From contig CAYNUO010000006.1 in the NCBI GenBank assembly GCA_964400405.1, forward strand, positions 17,602 to 65,808: DNA of 48,207 bases. The letters are read 5' to 3'. The notes under the pieces were generated by a model. It saw only the letters and a list, made by a program, of their open reading frames with translations, did no database searches and was not told the DNA's origin. The stretch comes from an uncultured Bifidobacteriaceae bacterium. Lineage in GTDB: Bacteria > Acidobacteriota > Vicinamibacteria > Vicinamibacterales > UBA2999. The position numbers were made by a program, and so were the translations under genes. This document shows positions 10,538 through 19,888 of the stretch, one piece after another. Within the stretch, counting starts at the first letter, position 1. Each line of letters begins with the position of its first letter.

Positions 10538-12133
10538 ATGAACAAGGAGATGATCATCTCCTCCACCCCCCACGAGACGCGCGTCGCGATTCTCGAGGAC
10601 GACCACGTCGCCGAAGTCTTCATCGAGCGCGAACGCCATCGCGGCGTCGTCGGCAATCTCTACAAGGGCCGCGTGTCGAAAGTGCTGCCGGGCATGCAGT
10701 GCGCCTTCGTGGACCTGGGCCTGGAGCGCGACGGCTTCCTCTACGTCGCGGACGTGGTCGACGCCGCGGAACAGTTCGCCGGCTTCGAGACGGACGACGA
10801 GGATGGTCCGGGCGGCGGGAGTCAGGGCGGAACGGCCCAGGCGGGGGGCGGCCAGGGTGGCCGCCAGGCCGGCCGTGGCGGTCCGCGCCGCGACAAGCAG
10901 AGTGCGCCCGAGGTCAAGATCGAGGACCTCGTCAAAGAGGGGCAGGAGATCATCGTGCAGGTGGCCAAGGAGCCGCTCGGCACGAAGGGTGCGCGGCTGA
11001 CGTCCCATGCGACGATGCCCGGCCGATTCCTGGTCTTCATGCCGACCGTCAACCATGTCGGCGTCTCGCGCAAGATCGAAAGCCGCGAGGAGCGCAGCCG
11101 GCTGCGCGGTATCGTCCGGGAGTTCCGCGAGCAGCACGGATTCCAGGGCGGGCTGATCATCCGCACGGCCGCCGGCGGCAAACCCAAAGAGGACATCGTC
11201 GCGGACCTGATGTACTTCCACCAGACGTGGACGGGCATCAAGGAGAAGGCGGACTCCTCGCGCGCGCCCGCCGTCGTCTATCGCGAGCAGAGCCTCGTCG
11301 CGAAGCTGCTGCGCGACCTGCTGACCGAGGACTACTCGGCCATCCACATCGATGACGCCTCCGAGCACCGCCGCATCGTGGAGCTGGTGGAGCGCATCAT
11401 GCCGGCGCTCGCCCCGCGCGTGAAGCTCTACGAGAAGGACTTCCCGATCTTCGAGGAGTACGGCGTCCAGAGCGAGATCGACAAGGCGCTGCGCAGCAAG
11501 GTGTGGCTGAAGTCCGGCGGCTCCATCGTCATCAACCAGACGGAAGCGCTGGTTGCGATCGACGTGAACACGGGCCGCTACGTCGGCAAGAAGACCACCG
11601 GCCGCCTCGAGGACACGATCCTCAAGACGAACCTCGAAGCTGCCAAGGAGATCGTGCGGCAGATCCGGCTCCGGGACCTCGGCGGCATCGTCGTCTGTGA
11701 CTTCATCGACATGGACGAGAAGAAGAACCGGCAGAAGGTGTTCCAGATCGTCGAGCAGGAGCTGCGCCGCGATCGGTCACCGTCGAAGGCGCTGCAGGTC
11801 TCCGACTTCGGACTCGTGATCATCACGCGCAAGCGCGTCAAGCAGAGTCTTGAGCGCGTGCTGACCGACCCGTGTCCGTACTGTGCCGGCGCCGCCGTCA
11901 TCAAGTCCAGCACGACGATCTGCTACGACATCCTGACCGAGGTGCGGAAGATCGGCAGCGACCTCGAAGGGCAGAGCCTGGTGCTGCGTGTGAACCCCGA
12001 CATCGCGCGCGCGCTCAGGGACGAAGAGCGCGTCGTGATGAAGGAGATCCGCCAGGCGGTCGGACGCGACGTGACCGTCCGGCCCGATTCGTTCCTGCAC
12101 CACGAGCAGTTCGACGTGATGGCGCTCGGGTAA
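10538..12133 (+). CDS. rng: Ribonuclease G (Rne/Rng family)
   Basis: GNLYKGRV, AFVDLG, IDVNTG, RLRDLGGIVVCDFIDM, Zn-link CPYC. Confidence 0.95.
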   Translation: MNKEMIISSTPHETRVAILEDDHVAEVFIERERHRGVVGNLYKGRVSKVLPGMQCAFVDLGLERDGFLYVADVVDAAEQFAGFETDDEDGPGGGSQGGTAQAGGGQGGRQAGRGGPRRDKQSAPEVKIEDLVKEGQEIIVQVAKEPLGTKGARLTSHATMPGRFLVFMPTVNHVGVSRKIESREERSRLRGIVREFREQHGFQGGLIIRTAAGGKPKEDIVADLMYFHQTWTGIKEKADSSRAPAVVYREQSLVAKLLRDLLTEDYSAIHIDDASEHRRIVELVERIMPALAPRVKLYEKDFPIFEEYGVQSEIDKALRSKVWLKSGGSIVINQTEALVAIDVNTGRYVGKKTTGRLEDTILKTNLEAAKEIVRQIRLRDLGGIVVCDFIDMDEKKNRQKVFQIVEQELRRDRSPSKALQVSDFGLVIITRKRVKQSLERVLTDPCPYCAGAAVIKSSTTICYDILTEVRKIGSDLEGQSLVLRVNPDIARALRDEERVVMKEIRQAVGRDVTVRPDSFLHHEQFDVMALG

Positions 12134-12139
12134 CACGCC

Positions 12140-12919
12140 ATGACCGTAGGCGTCCTCGACTCGGGCGTCGGCGGGCTCTCCGTCCTTCGCGAGATCAGGC
12201 GGACGCTGCCCGGCGAGCACGTGCTGTATGTCGCGGACTCCGCCCATGCGCCCTACGGCGACCGCGACGCCGCGTTCATCGACCGGCGCGTGGGCGCCAT
12301 CGCCGACTTTCTCGTGGCCCGCGGCGCGAAGGCGATCGTGGTCGCCTGCAACACGGCAACCGGCATCGCCGTCGACAACCTGCGTCAGCGGCTCTCGCTG
12401 CCGGTCGTCGCGATCGAGCCTGCCGTGAAGCCCGCGGCCCTGCGGACCTACACCGGTCGCATCGGCGTGCTCGCCACGAGCCGGACGCTGGACAGCGATC
12501 GCTTCAAGGGGCTCGTGACGACGCATGCCTCCGGCGTGGACGTGCTGGAGCAGGCCTGCCCGGAACTGGTCGAGCGCGTGGAGGCCGGTGACTTCGACGG
12601 GCCCGAGACACGCCGCCTCGTGACGGCGTACGTCGCCCCGCTCCGCGAAGCCGGCGTCGACGTGTTGGTGCTCGGCTGCACCCACTTCCCGTTTCTGGCG
12701 CCCGTGATCCGCGAGGTGGCCGGCCCCGGCGTGACCATCATCGACCCGGCGGCAGCCGTGGCGCGGGAACTGGCGCGGCGGCTCGACCAGGCGGGGCTGT
12801 CAGCCGCACAGGCGCAGGGCGACGAGACGTTCCTGACGACGGGGAACCCTGCCGCCGTGGCGCCGGTTATCGCCCACGTCTGGGGGCAGCCGGTCGACGT
12901 CAACCACGTCGAGATCTGA
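12140..12919 (+). CDS. murI: Glutamate racemase
   Basis: DSGVGGLSV, PYG, ACNTAT, LGCTHFP. Confidence 0.97.
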   Translation: MTVGVLDSGVGGLSVLREIRRTLPGEHVLYVADSAHAPYGDRDAAFIDRRVGAIADFLVARGAKAIVVACNTATGIAVDNLRQRLSLPVVAIEPAVKPAALRTYTGRIGVLATSRTLDSDRFKGLVTTHASGVDVLEQACPELVERVEAGDFDGPETRRLVTAYVAPLREAGVDVLVLGCTHFPFLAPVIREVAGPGVTIIDPAAAVARELARRLDQAGLSAAQAQGDETFLTTGNPAAVAPVIAHVWGQPVDVNHVEI

Positions 12920-13169
12920 CGCCGCAGCCCGCGCCGCCGCGACCGTATTTGGGGGGATTGACCGCGGCGGGCAAGACAACATGCAACCATTCAAGCTTCG
13001 CTCCCGGTGATACCTTCTCGCCGGTTTGCGGTGAATCCACACAACGCGCCCAGTGATTGGTGGACGGCCGGCCGAAACGTGGATTCGTCCTGGAAACCGG
13101 TTGTTGCAGTGAGCAACTTCGCGGACTATTGCGCGCCTTGCGTCAACTGATGTCCAACGGGAGGGGTCG

Positions 13170-16169
13170 ATGAAGAGGTTTGTGCTTGTTGCCGCCGTGT
13201 TCTGCGGCGTGCTCGCAATTGTTGCCGGTCCGGCGTCCGCGCAGAGCACCACGAGCGGCACGATTGCCGGAATCGTGAAAGACACGACAGGGGCCGTGCT
13301 TCCTGGTGTCACGGTGGAGGCGGCCAGCCCCGCGTTGATCGAAAAAGTCAGGTCTGCCGTCAGCGACGAACAGGGGAACTACAAGATCACGGATCTGCGA
13401 CCGGGAACCTATACCGTGACATTCACGCTGACCGGCTTCAGCACGTTCAAGCGTGACGGCCTGGAACTGAGCGCGGGCTTCACGGCGAATATCAGCCCGG
13501 CCATGGCGGTGGGCTCGATGGAAGAAACCATCACGGTTTCCGGTGCCACGCCAGTCGTCGACGTCCAGAACGTCCGCAGCCAGAACGTCATCAGCGCGAA
13601 GCTGATGAGCGAGGTGCCGACCTCCCGCAACTTCATGGGCATGGTGGCGCTCACGCTCGGCGCGACGGGTGGCGGCGGCTTCAGCGGTCCCAACGGCCAG
13701 CGTGACGTCGGCGGCAACAACGGCGAGGGCACCAGCGCCCCCGCCATTCATGGTTCCCGCGCGGATGGTGTGTTCAATATCGAAGGCATGAAGGCACAGT
13801 CGCTCTCGGGCGATGGCACGAGCCGCCGCTTCCACCGAAACGAGCTCGCCATTGAGGAGACCGTGCTCGAGACGGGCGGCCAGTCGGCCGAAACGGAGAC
13901 GGGTGGCGTCTCGGCGAACATCATCCTGCGCGAAGGCGGCAACGCCTTCCGGGGCCTGGTCGATGGTGACTACACGGGCCGCAAGCTCCAGGGCAGCAAC
14001 CTTTCGGATGCGCTGCGCGATCGAGGCTTGACCTCGCAGAACCACACCAAGTTCGTCTATTCATACGGTGGCTCGATCGGCGGTCCGCTCAAGCGGGACA
14101 AGGTCTGGTTCAATACCTCGTTCCGCGCCTGGGGCAACCAGGAGGAACTGGCCGGCCTCTACTACAACAAGCCGCAACTGCAGGGCACGCGCTTCTTCGA
14201 GGCCGACACCACCAGGCCTGGGTTCGCCGAGGCATGGGTCAAGGATTCCACGTCGCGCGTGGCGTGGCAGGCGACCAAGAACCAGAAGGTGTCGGGCATC
14301 TTCACGTTCCAGCGTTCGTGCGGCTGCAACAACGGCCTGAGCGCCACGCGCGCGCCAGAGACCACCGTCGACTTCCAGATCGGGCCCGGTCTGCTCGACC
14401 AGGTGAACTGGAAGTACACCCGCACCAACCGGCTGCTCTTCGAAGCGGGCTTCGCGTCCCGGCACGGCGGCGTCAACAACCTCCGTCAGCCGGAGACCGA
14501 CCGGACGTACGTCAGCTACATCGAACTCGCCACCGGCCTGAACTACAACAACAGCTTCATCCAGCCCAGCACGGGCGGAATCGGCTACCTCGGCCGCTCG
14601 GACCAGTACAACACGGCAGGCGCGGTGAGCTACGTGACCGGGTCGCACGCGCTGAAGGTGGGCTGGCAGACGATGATGGGGAAGAACCCGTCAGCAGCTG
14701 ACGGCAACGACCCGCCCGTCCAGTACACGTTGCGGAACGGCGTCCCCCAGTCGGTGACGCTCATGGCGACGCCGGTGCAGTTCTTCACGCACGTGGGGCT
14801 GCTGTCCGGCCTCTTCGCGCAGGACCAGTGGACCCTCAGCCGGCTGACCTTGAACCTCGGCGTCCGCTTCGACCACCTGCGGTCGTTCAACCCGGCCACC
14901 ACCCGCCCCGCGGGCGTCTTCCTCGGCGAGCTGAAGTTCAACAAGGTCGACAACGTACCGAACTGGAACGACATCGACCCCCGCGTCGGTGCGGCCTACG
15001 ACCTGTTCGGCAACGGCAAGACGGCCATCAAGGCGTCCATGGGCCGGTACGTCATCTCGGAAGCGACGGCCATTTCGAACAACCTGAACCCGTCGGCCCG
15101 AATGGCGATCACGGCCACGCGGACATGGAGTGACGCGAACGGCAACTTCGTCCCGGACTGTGTGCTGACCAACAACGCCGCCAACGGCGAGTGCGGTCCA
15201 CAGTCGGCCAGCACCTTCGGCACGCCGGTCTTCACCTTCGGCTACGCGCCGGACTTCCTTGAGGGGCGGGGCGTGCGGCCGTACAACTGGCAGTCGTCCG
15301 CCAGCGTGCAGCAGGAACTGGGCAAGGGAATGGGCCTGACGGTCGGCTACTTCAGGACCTCCTACGGCAACATCACGGTGACGGACAACCTGGCGCTGAC
15401 CTCTGCCGACTTCGACCCGTTCTGCATCACGGCGCCGACGGACACTCGGCTCGGCACCATCAGCGGCACGCAGGTCTGTGGCCTCTACGACATCAAGCCG
15501 TCCAAGTTCGGCCAGGTGAACAACCAGGTCCGCGTGGACGACGACCGCAGCGAGGTGTTCAACGGCGTCGACCTTGCGTTCCGGTCCCGCTTCGGGAACG
15601 GCGGCCTCCTCAACGTGGGCGGCAGCATCGGTAAGACGCACGTCAACAACTGCAGCGTCATCGACAGCCCGAGCCTGCCCAACGCCGGGCTCGGCAGCGC
15701 CACCCTCGACAAGTTCTGCGAGTTCGACAATCGCCAGGACCAGTTCAAGCTCAACGTCAGCTACCCGCTGATGTGGGGCATCCAGGTCGCCGGCATCTAC
15801 CAGAACATCCCGGGGACGGCCCGGCTTGCGAATCTGGTCGTGCCGAACGCCTCAATTGCATCGTCGCTGGGCCGTAACCTCGGCTCGTGCGGCGCGGCGG
15901 CCACGTGCACCGGCACACTGACGGTGGCGCTCTTTGCTCCTCAGGACGAGCGTGAGAAGCGGGCGAGCCAGGCGGATGTTCGGTTCAGCAAGACGATGAA
16001 GCTGAATGCCACGGCGCGCGTCCGCGTCGGGTTCGATATCTACAACCTGCTGAACTCGAACGATGTCATCGCCATGAACAACACCTACTCCGCGACCACC
16101 ACGTGGCTGCGGCCGTCCAACGTACTGGCCTCGCGGCTGTACAAGTTCAACGCGCGGTTCGATTTCTAG
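13170..16169 (+). CDS. TonB-dependent receptor with N-terminal carboxypeptidase-regulatory-like domain (Oar-like)
   Basis: Signal peptide, GAVLPGVTVEA, ETITV box-like stretch, FAQDQW, LNLGVRFD, PRVGAAYDLFG, C-terminal F; SD GGGAGG. Confidence 0.92.
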   Translation: MKRFVLVAAVFCGVLAIVAGPASAQSTTSGTIAGIVKDTTGAVLPGVTVEAASPALIEKVRSAVSDEQGNYKITDLRPGTYTVTFTLTGFSTFKRDGLELSAGFTANISPAMAVGSMEETITVSGATPVVDVQNVRSQNVISAKLMSEVPTSRNFMGMVALTLGATGGGGFSGPNGQRDVGGNNGEGTSAPAIHGSRADGVFNIEGMKAQSLSGDGTSRRFHRNELAIEETVLETGGQSAETETGGVSANIILREGGNAFRGLVDGDYTGRKLQGSNLSDALRDRGLTSQNHTKFVYSYGGSIGGPLKRDKVWFNTSFRAWGNQEELAGLYYNKPQLQGTRFFEADTTRPGFAEAWVKDSTSRVAWQATKNQKVSGIFTFQRSCGCNNGLSATRAPETTVDFQIGPGLLDQVNWKYTRTNRLLFEAGFASRHGGVNNLRQPETDRTYVSYIELATGLNYNNSFIQPSTGGIGYLGRSDQYNTAGAVSYVTGSHALKVGWQTMMGKNPSAADGNDPPVQYTLRNGVPQSVTLMATPVQFFTHVGLLSGLFAQDQWTLSRLTLNLGVRFDHLRSFNPATTRPAGVFLGELKFNKVDNVPNWNDIDPRVGAAYDLFGNGKTAIKASMGRYVISEATAISNNLNPSARMAITATRTWSDANGNFVPDCVLTNNAANGECGPQSASTFGTPVFTFGYAPDFLEGRGVRPYNWQSSASVQQELGKGMGLTVGYFRTSYGNITVTDNLALTSADFDPFCITAPTDTRLGTISGTQVCGLYDIKPSKFGQVNNQVRVDDDRSEVFNGVDLAFRSRFGNGGLLNVGGSIGKTHVNNCSVIDSPSLPNAGLGSATLDKFCEFDNRQDQFKLNVSYPLMWGIQVAGIYQNIPGTARLANLVVPNASIASSLGRNLGSCGAAATCTGTLTVALFAPQDEREKRASQADVRFSKTMKLNATARVRVGFDIYNLLNSNDVIAMNNTYSATTTWLRPSNVLASRLYKFNARFDF

Positions 16170-16179
16170 TTCGTCTCAC

Positions 16180-16210
16180 GGGGCTCGTGGCGCAGGTTGC
16201 CACGGGTCCC
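16180..16210 (+). terminator. Intergenic stem-loop after the TBDR (mRNA stabiliser or partial terminator)
   Basis: GGGGCTCGTGGCG-CAGG-TTGCCACGGGTCCC imperfect inverted repeat; no clear U-tract. Confidence 0.4.
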
Positions 16211-16278
16211 GCGTTCCGTCCGGGAGGCTCTTTCATTGGCCTGTCCCTCGCCGCCTCCCGGCGCCCGTCGGTGACCAC

Positions 16279-17211
16279 ATGACGCATCACACGTTCACAC
16301 CTCCAGGCGGACGCCGGGTTCTTCGGGCTGTCGCGTCCGGAGCAGCTCTGCTGGCAGTCACGGCTGCGCTGGCCGGCGTCGGCGCCCGCTCCGTGACTGC
16401 GGCCACCCCGAAGCGCGTGTTGCTGCTCACGCACAACACGTTCTACAACCACAGCAACCTCGAAGCGATCGAGGCGGTGCTGCCGGAGTGGGGCAAGACG
16501 GCCGGCTTCATGGTGACCTCGCTCGAGGGCTACAAGCAGACGGTCTCCTGCTCGGTGCAGAAGCCCTGCCCGCCGGATGTCGCCGACCTGTCGATGGTGA
16601 CGGGGAAGTACCTGAAGCAGTTCGACGCCATCGTCGCGAGCACGAACGGTGAGCTGCCGTTCACCGACGAGGGGAAGCAGGCGCTTGTGGACTTCGTCCG
16701 CAAGGATGGCAAGGGCATCGTGTTCCTCCACCAGTCGATGGTGACCCTGTTCGGTTTCAAGCCGTGGGGCGAGTTGCTGGGGGCGTACGGACCGTCGGTG
16801 CTCTTCGACGGCACCAACACGGCGAAGCGTCCAGCCGTGATGAAGGTCGAGAACCGCAAGCATCCGGCGACGCGCGGCCTTCCGGAGCACTGGACGCTCG
16901 ACGACGAGTTCTATCAGTTCACGAAGACGGTCGGCGTGCCCGGGCCGACGAAGGTGCCTGCGCCGCTGGCATTCGACCGCCGGAACGTGCACGTGCTGGT
17001 CAGCTTCGACTCCGAGCGGACGGACTTCACCGGAGCGCCCGCAGGCTGGGAGAAGGGCGGTGACTACCCGCAGGTCTGGTATCAGACCCCCGGCAAGGGG
17101 CGGACCTTCTACACGGCGATCGGGCACCGGGAGGATCTGTGGCGGAGCGACTCGGTCTACCGCGAGTTCATGACCGGCGCCATCCGCTGGGCGCTGCGGC
17201 TGGAGAAGTAA
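16279..17211 (+). CDS. Exported ThuA-like (class I glutamine amidotransferase-like fold) protein
   Basis: RRVL plus hydrophobic leader; RVLLLT, FDAIV, DEFYQF, GKGRTFYTAIGH, GAIRWAL. Confidence 0.85.
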   Translation: MTHHTFTPPGGRRVLRAVASGAALLAVTAALAGVGARSVTAATPKRVLLLTHNTFYNHSNLEAIEAVLPEWGKTAGFMVTSLEGYKQTVSCSVQKPCPPDVADLSMVTGKYLKQFDAIVASTNGELPFTDEGKQALVDFVRKDGKGIVFLHQSMVTLFGFKPWGELLGAYGPSVLFDGTNTAKRPAVMKVENRKHPATRGLPEHWTLDDEFYQFTKTVGVPGPTKVPAPLAFDRRNVHVLVSFDSERTDFTGAPAGWEKGGDYPQVWYQTPGKGRTFYTAIGHREDLWRSDSVYREFMTGAIRWALRLEK

Positions 17212-17216
17212 GAGAC

Positions 17217-18965
17217 ATGAGATACGCAGCTCTCACGCTCGGCGCCTCGGCGCTGGCCATGGCGGTTCTGCAGGCGCAGGGCGGTGGGCGGATCGCCCAG
17301 GTCGACTGGCCGCTGCACAACCTGAATCTGCACAACACGCGATACGCGGCGCTCGATCAGATCACCGCCTCGAACGCCTCGAAGCTCGCGCTCGCGTGGA
17401 CGTTCGAGACGGCGAAACCGGACAGTCTTGGCGCGGCCACGCCCGTGGTCGTGAACGGCGTCATGTACACGAACGCCGGGTCGAAGCTGTTCGCGGTGAA
17501 CGCCGCAACCGGTAAGGCGGTGTGGACCTACGAACTGCCCGTCGCCTTTGGCGGCGGCCGCCGCGGCCCGGCCTACGGCGATGGCCGGATCTACGCGGTC
17601 GGCCAGCGCTACATGTACGCCGTCGATGCGAAGACGGGGAAGGCCGTCGAGTCGTTCGGCGACAAGGGCATGCTCAGCGTGGCGAACAAGGCGCTCGAGT
17701 TCAAGTACCCGGGGAAGTACAAGGCAGACCTCGACCCGGTCTCGATCGGCTATTCGATCGTCTCCGCGCCGACCTACGCGAACGGCATGGTCATCCTCGG
17801 GCTGGCGAGCGCCGAGATGATGATCCGCGGCGGTCTGGTCGTCGCGATGGACGGCGCGACGGGTGCCGTGAAGTGGGCCTTCAACACGATTCCGCAGGGC
17901 CCGCAGGATGACGGCTGGGAGATCGTGAAGGACACCTGGGGCGGTGGCGCCAGGGTCGGCGGCGGCATCTGGACCCAGCCGGCCGTCGACGTCGAGGCCA
18001 ACCTGTTGTACGTGAACGTGTCGAACCCGACGCCGGCCTACGACGGCGCGGTGCGGAAGGGCGCGAATCTCTTCACCGATTCGATCGTGGCGCTGCGTCT
18101 GGACACGGGGCGGCTCGCCTGGTACTTCCAGACCATCCATCACGACATCTGGGACTACGAGACGGTGACGGGGCCGGTGCTCTTCGAGACCATCGTGCGG
18201 GGCGAGCGCGTCAAGGCGCTGGCGACCTTCGGGAAGACCTGCTATGGCTACATCCTGAACCGGCTCACCGGCGCGCCGCTCAACCCGATCGTCGAAACCG
18301 TCGTGCCGCAGACGACCGATGTCCCCGGCGAGCAGCCGTGGCCGACGCAGCCGATCCCGTACACGGCCAGGGGCGTCCCGCAGACGCCCTTCTGCATGAC
18401 CTATCCCGTGGTCAGTGACCCGGAACTTGCGAAGCGGGTCCGCCCGATCTTTCATCCCTACCTGATGAAGGAGTACGTCATCACGGCGCCGAGCAATCAG
18501 GGTGGCGGCAACTGGGGCTCGCCGTCCTTCAGCCCTCGCACGGGACTGGTGTACGTGACCGGCAGAAACGAGGCGCACTCCCTGAAGCCGCAGCCGGTCG
18601 GCAGCACGATGGCGGACAACCCGGGGCCGGACAACATCCGGCACCCGGATGTCGCCGGACCGCGCGGTCCGACCGGCGTCACCCCGAGCATGAGCGTCGG
18701 TGCCTACAACCCGGGCACGGGGGAACTGGTGTGGCACACGGAGCTGCCGGGCACGACCAACTCCGGCAACCTCGTGACCGCCGGTGACGTGGTGTTCCAG
18801 GCCGTCGGGGATCTGTTTGCGCTCGACGCGCGCACCGGCAAGGAAGTCTTCCGGTATGCGAGCAAGCTGCGGATGGGTGCGAGCCCGATGACCTATCAGG
18901 TCAAGGGCAAGCAGTACGTCGCCGTGGTCACCGGCAACGCCATCCTCGCGTTCGGCCTGAAGTAG
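17217..18965 (+). CDS. PQQ-dependent dehydrogenase (8-bladed beta-propeller, glucose/quinate DH-like group)
   Basis: DWP...RYAALDQIT, TPVVVNGVMY, repeated AxDxxTGxxxW, WYFQTIHHDIWDY, GNWGSPSF, PMTYQVKGKQYV; start at ATG 17217. Confidence 0.9.
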   Translation: MRYAALTLGASALAMAVLQAQGGGRIAQVDWPLHNLNLHNTRYAALDQITASNASKLALAWTFETAKPDSLGAATPVVVNGVMYTNAGSKLFAVNAATGKAVWTYELPVAFGGGRRGPAYGDGRIYAVGQRYMYAVDAKTGKAVESFGDKGMLSVANKALEFKYPGKYKADLDPVSIGYSIVSAPTYANGMVILGLASAEMMIRGGLVVAMDGATGAVKWAFNTIPQGPQDDGWEIVKDTWGGGARVGGGIWTQPAVDVEANLLYVNVSNPTPAYDGAVRKGANLFTDSIVALRLDTGRLAWYFQTIHHDIWDYETVTGPVLFETIVRGERVKALATFGKTCYGYILNRLTGAPLNPIVETVVPQTTDVPGEQPWPTQPIPYTARGVPQTPFCMTYPVVSDPELAKRVRPIFHPYLMKEYVITAPSNQGGGNWGSPSFSPRTGLVYVTGRNEAHSLKPQPVGSTMADNPGPDNIRHPDVAGPRGPTGVTPSMSVGAYNPGTGELVWHTELPGTTNSGNLVTAGDVVFQAVGDLFALDARTGKEVFRYASKLRMGASPMTYQVKGKQYVAVVTGNAILAFGLK

Positions 18966-19038
18966 GCGCGGTTGTGGCACAGGCCGGCAACCGCCACTTC
19001 AACCCCTCGCCCGTGATCATCGGTGCGCAGTGTCACCG

Positions 19039-19743
19039 CTACCTAAGGGTGAACTGAACGGTCACGGTCATGATCACAGGCACGGGCGTGCCATTCAGCA
19101 GCGTCGGTGTGAACTCCCATCGGTTGACCGCGTCGACAGCGGCCTGGTCGAGCAGCGGAACCGAGCGCAGCACGCGAGCCGCGACGACGTGTCCCGTCGG
19201 TCCGATGGTTGCCTCGATGATGACGAGGCCCTGGATCCTGGCCTCCATCGCCACGGGCGGGTAGACCGGCCGGACATCCTTTGTCTTTGCAGGCGCCGTG
19301 ATGTTGCCGCCCACCCGGATTGGCTCGGCCGGCGGCGGAGCCGCCACAGGCGGAGGCGGCGGTGGTACGGCAGCGATCGGCTCGCCCACCACGAGTGACG
19401 GGAGGTCCCCGCCAAGGTCCGCCGTGTCGCCGATGCTCGCATCGAACGACTCGGGCGAGAGGCTCGGTGGTGCCTCAAGAGGAGAGGCCATCGCGTCCGC
19501 TGTCTTCGGTGGTGTGGTGCGAACCGGCGCAGATGGAGGGGGCGGGGGCGGTGCCACCGGCATGAGGAAGGCCGCGACGGTGCTGGCCGGGGAGGGCAGC
19601 GTGTCAGTGGCCAGGAGCGGAACGATCACCAGTGCGCAGACGGCCACCACATGCACGGCGATCGAACAGGGAACGGTGTACCGCTGCGTATTGCCCACGG
19701 TCACGGACGGACGAACGACGTCGCGAAACATCTCTGCAGCCAT
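19039..19743 (-). CDS. tonB: Energy transducer TonB
   Basis: TM helix with SxxxH, Pro-rich linker, C-domain PVYPPVA...IQGLV...WEFTP; SD GAGGAGG. Confidence 0.9.
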   Translation of the reverse strand: MAAEMFRDVVRPSVTVGNTQRYTVPCSIAVHVVAVCALVIVPLLATDTLPSPASTVAAFLMPVAPPPPPPSAPVRTTPPKTADAMASPLEAPPSLSPESFDASIGDTADLGGDLPSLVVGEPIAAVPPPPPPVAAPPPAEPIRVGGNITAPAKTKDVRPVYPPVAMEARIQGLVIIEATIGPTGHVVAARVLRSVPLLDQAAVDAVNRWEFTPTLLNGTPVPVIMTVTVQFTLR

Positions 19744-19888
19744 CGTGTGGCCTCCTCAGGTTTCGTGACGTTCCGGAACGTCTTCTGTAGTGATTGGACA
19801 CCGATCCTGGGAATCGGGATCGGGCGGGCGTTTCGACCGCCAAACCGCTGACCTCAAACGTGCATCGGCGCCGGGGGATAATGCGGTC

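Noticed and set aside
13026-13056. Resemblance to a cobalamin riboswitch (TGCGGTGAATCC)
   Set aside because: Lacks the upstream GGGAA, the GCCACTG and the B12-box; kept only as an unassigned structured leader.
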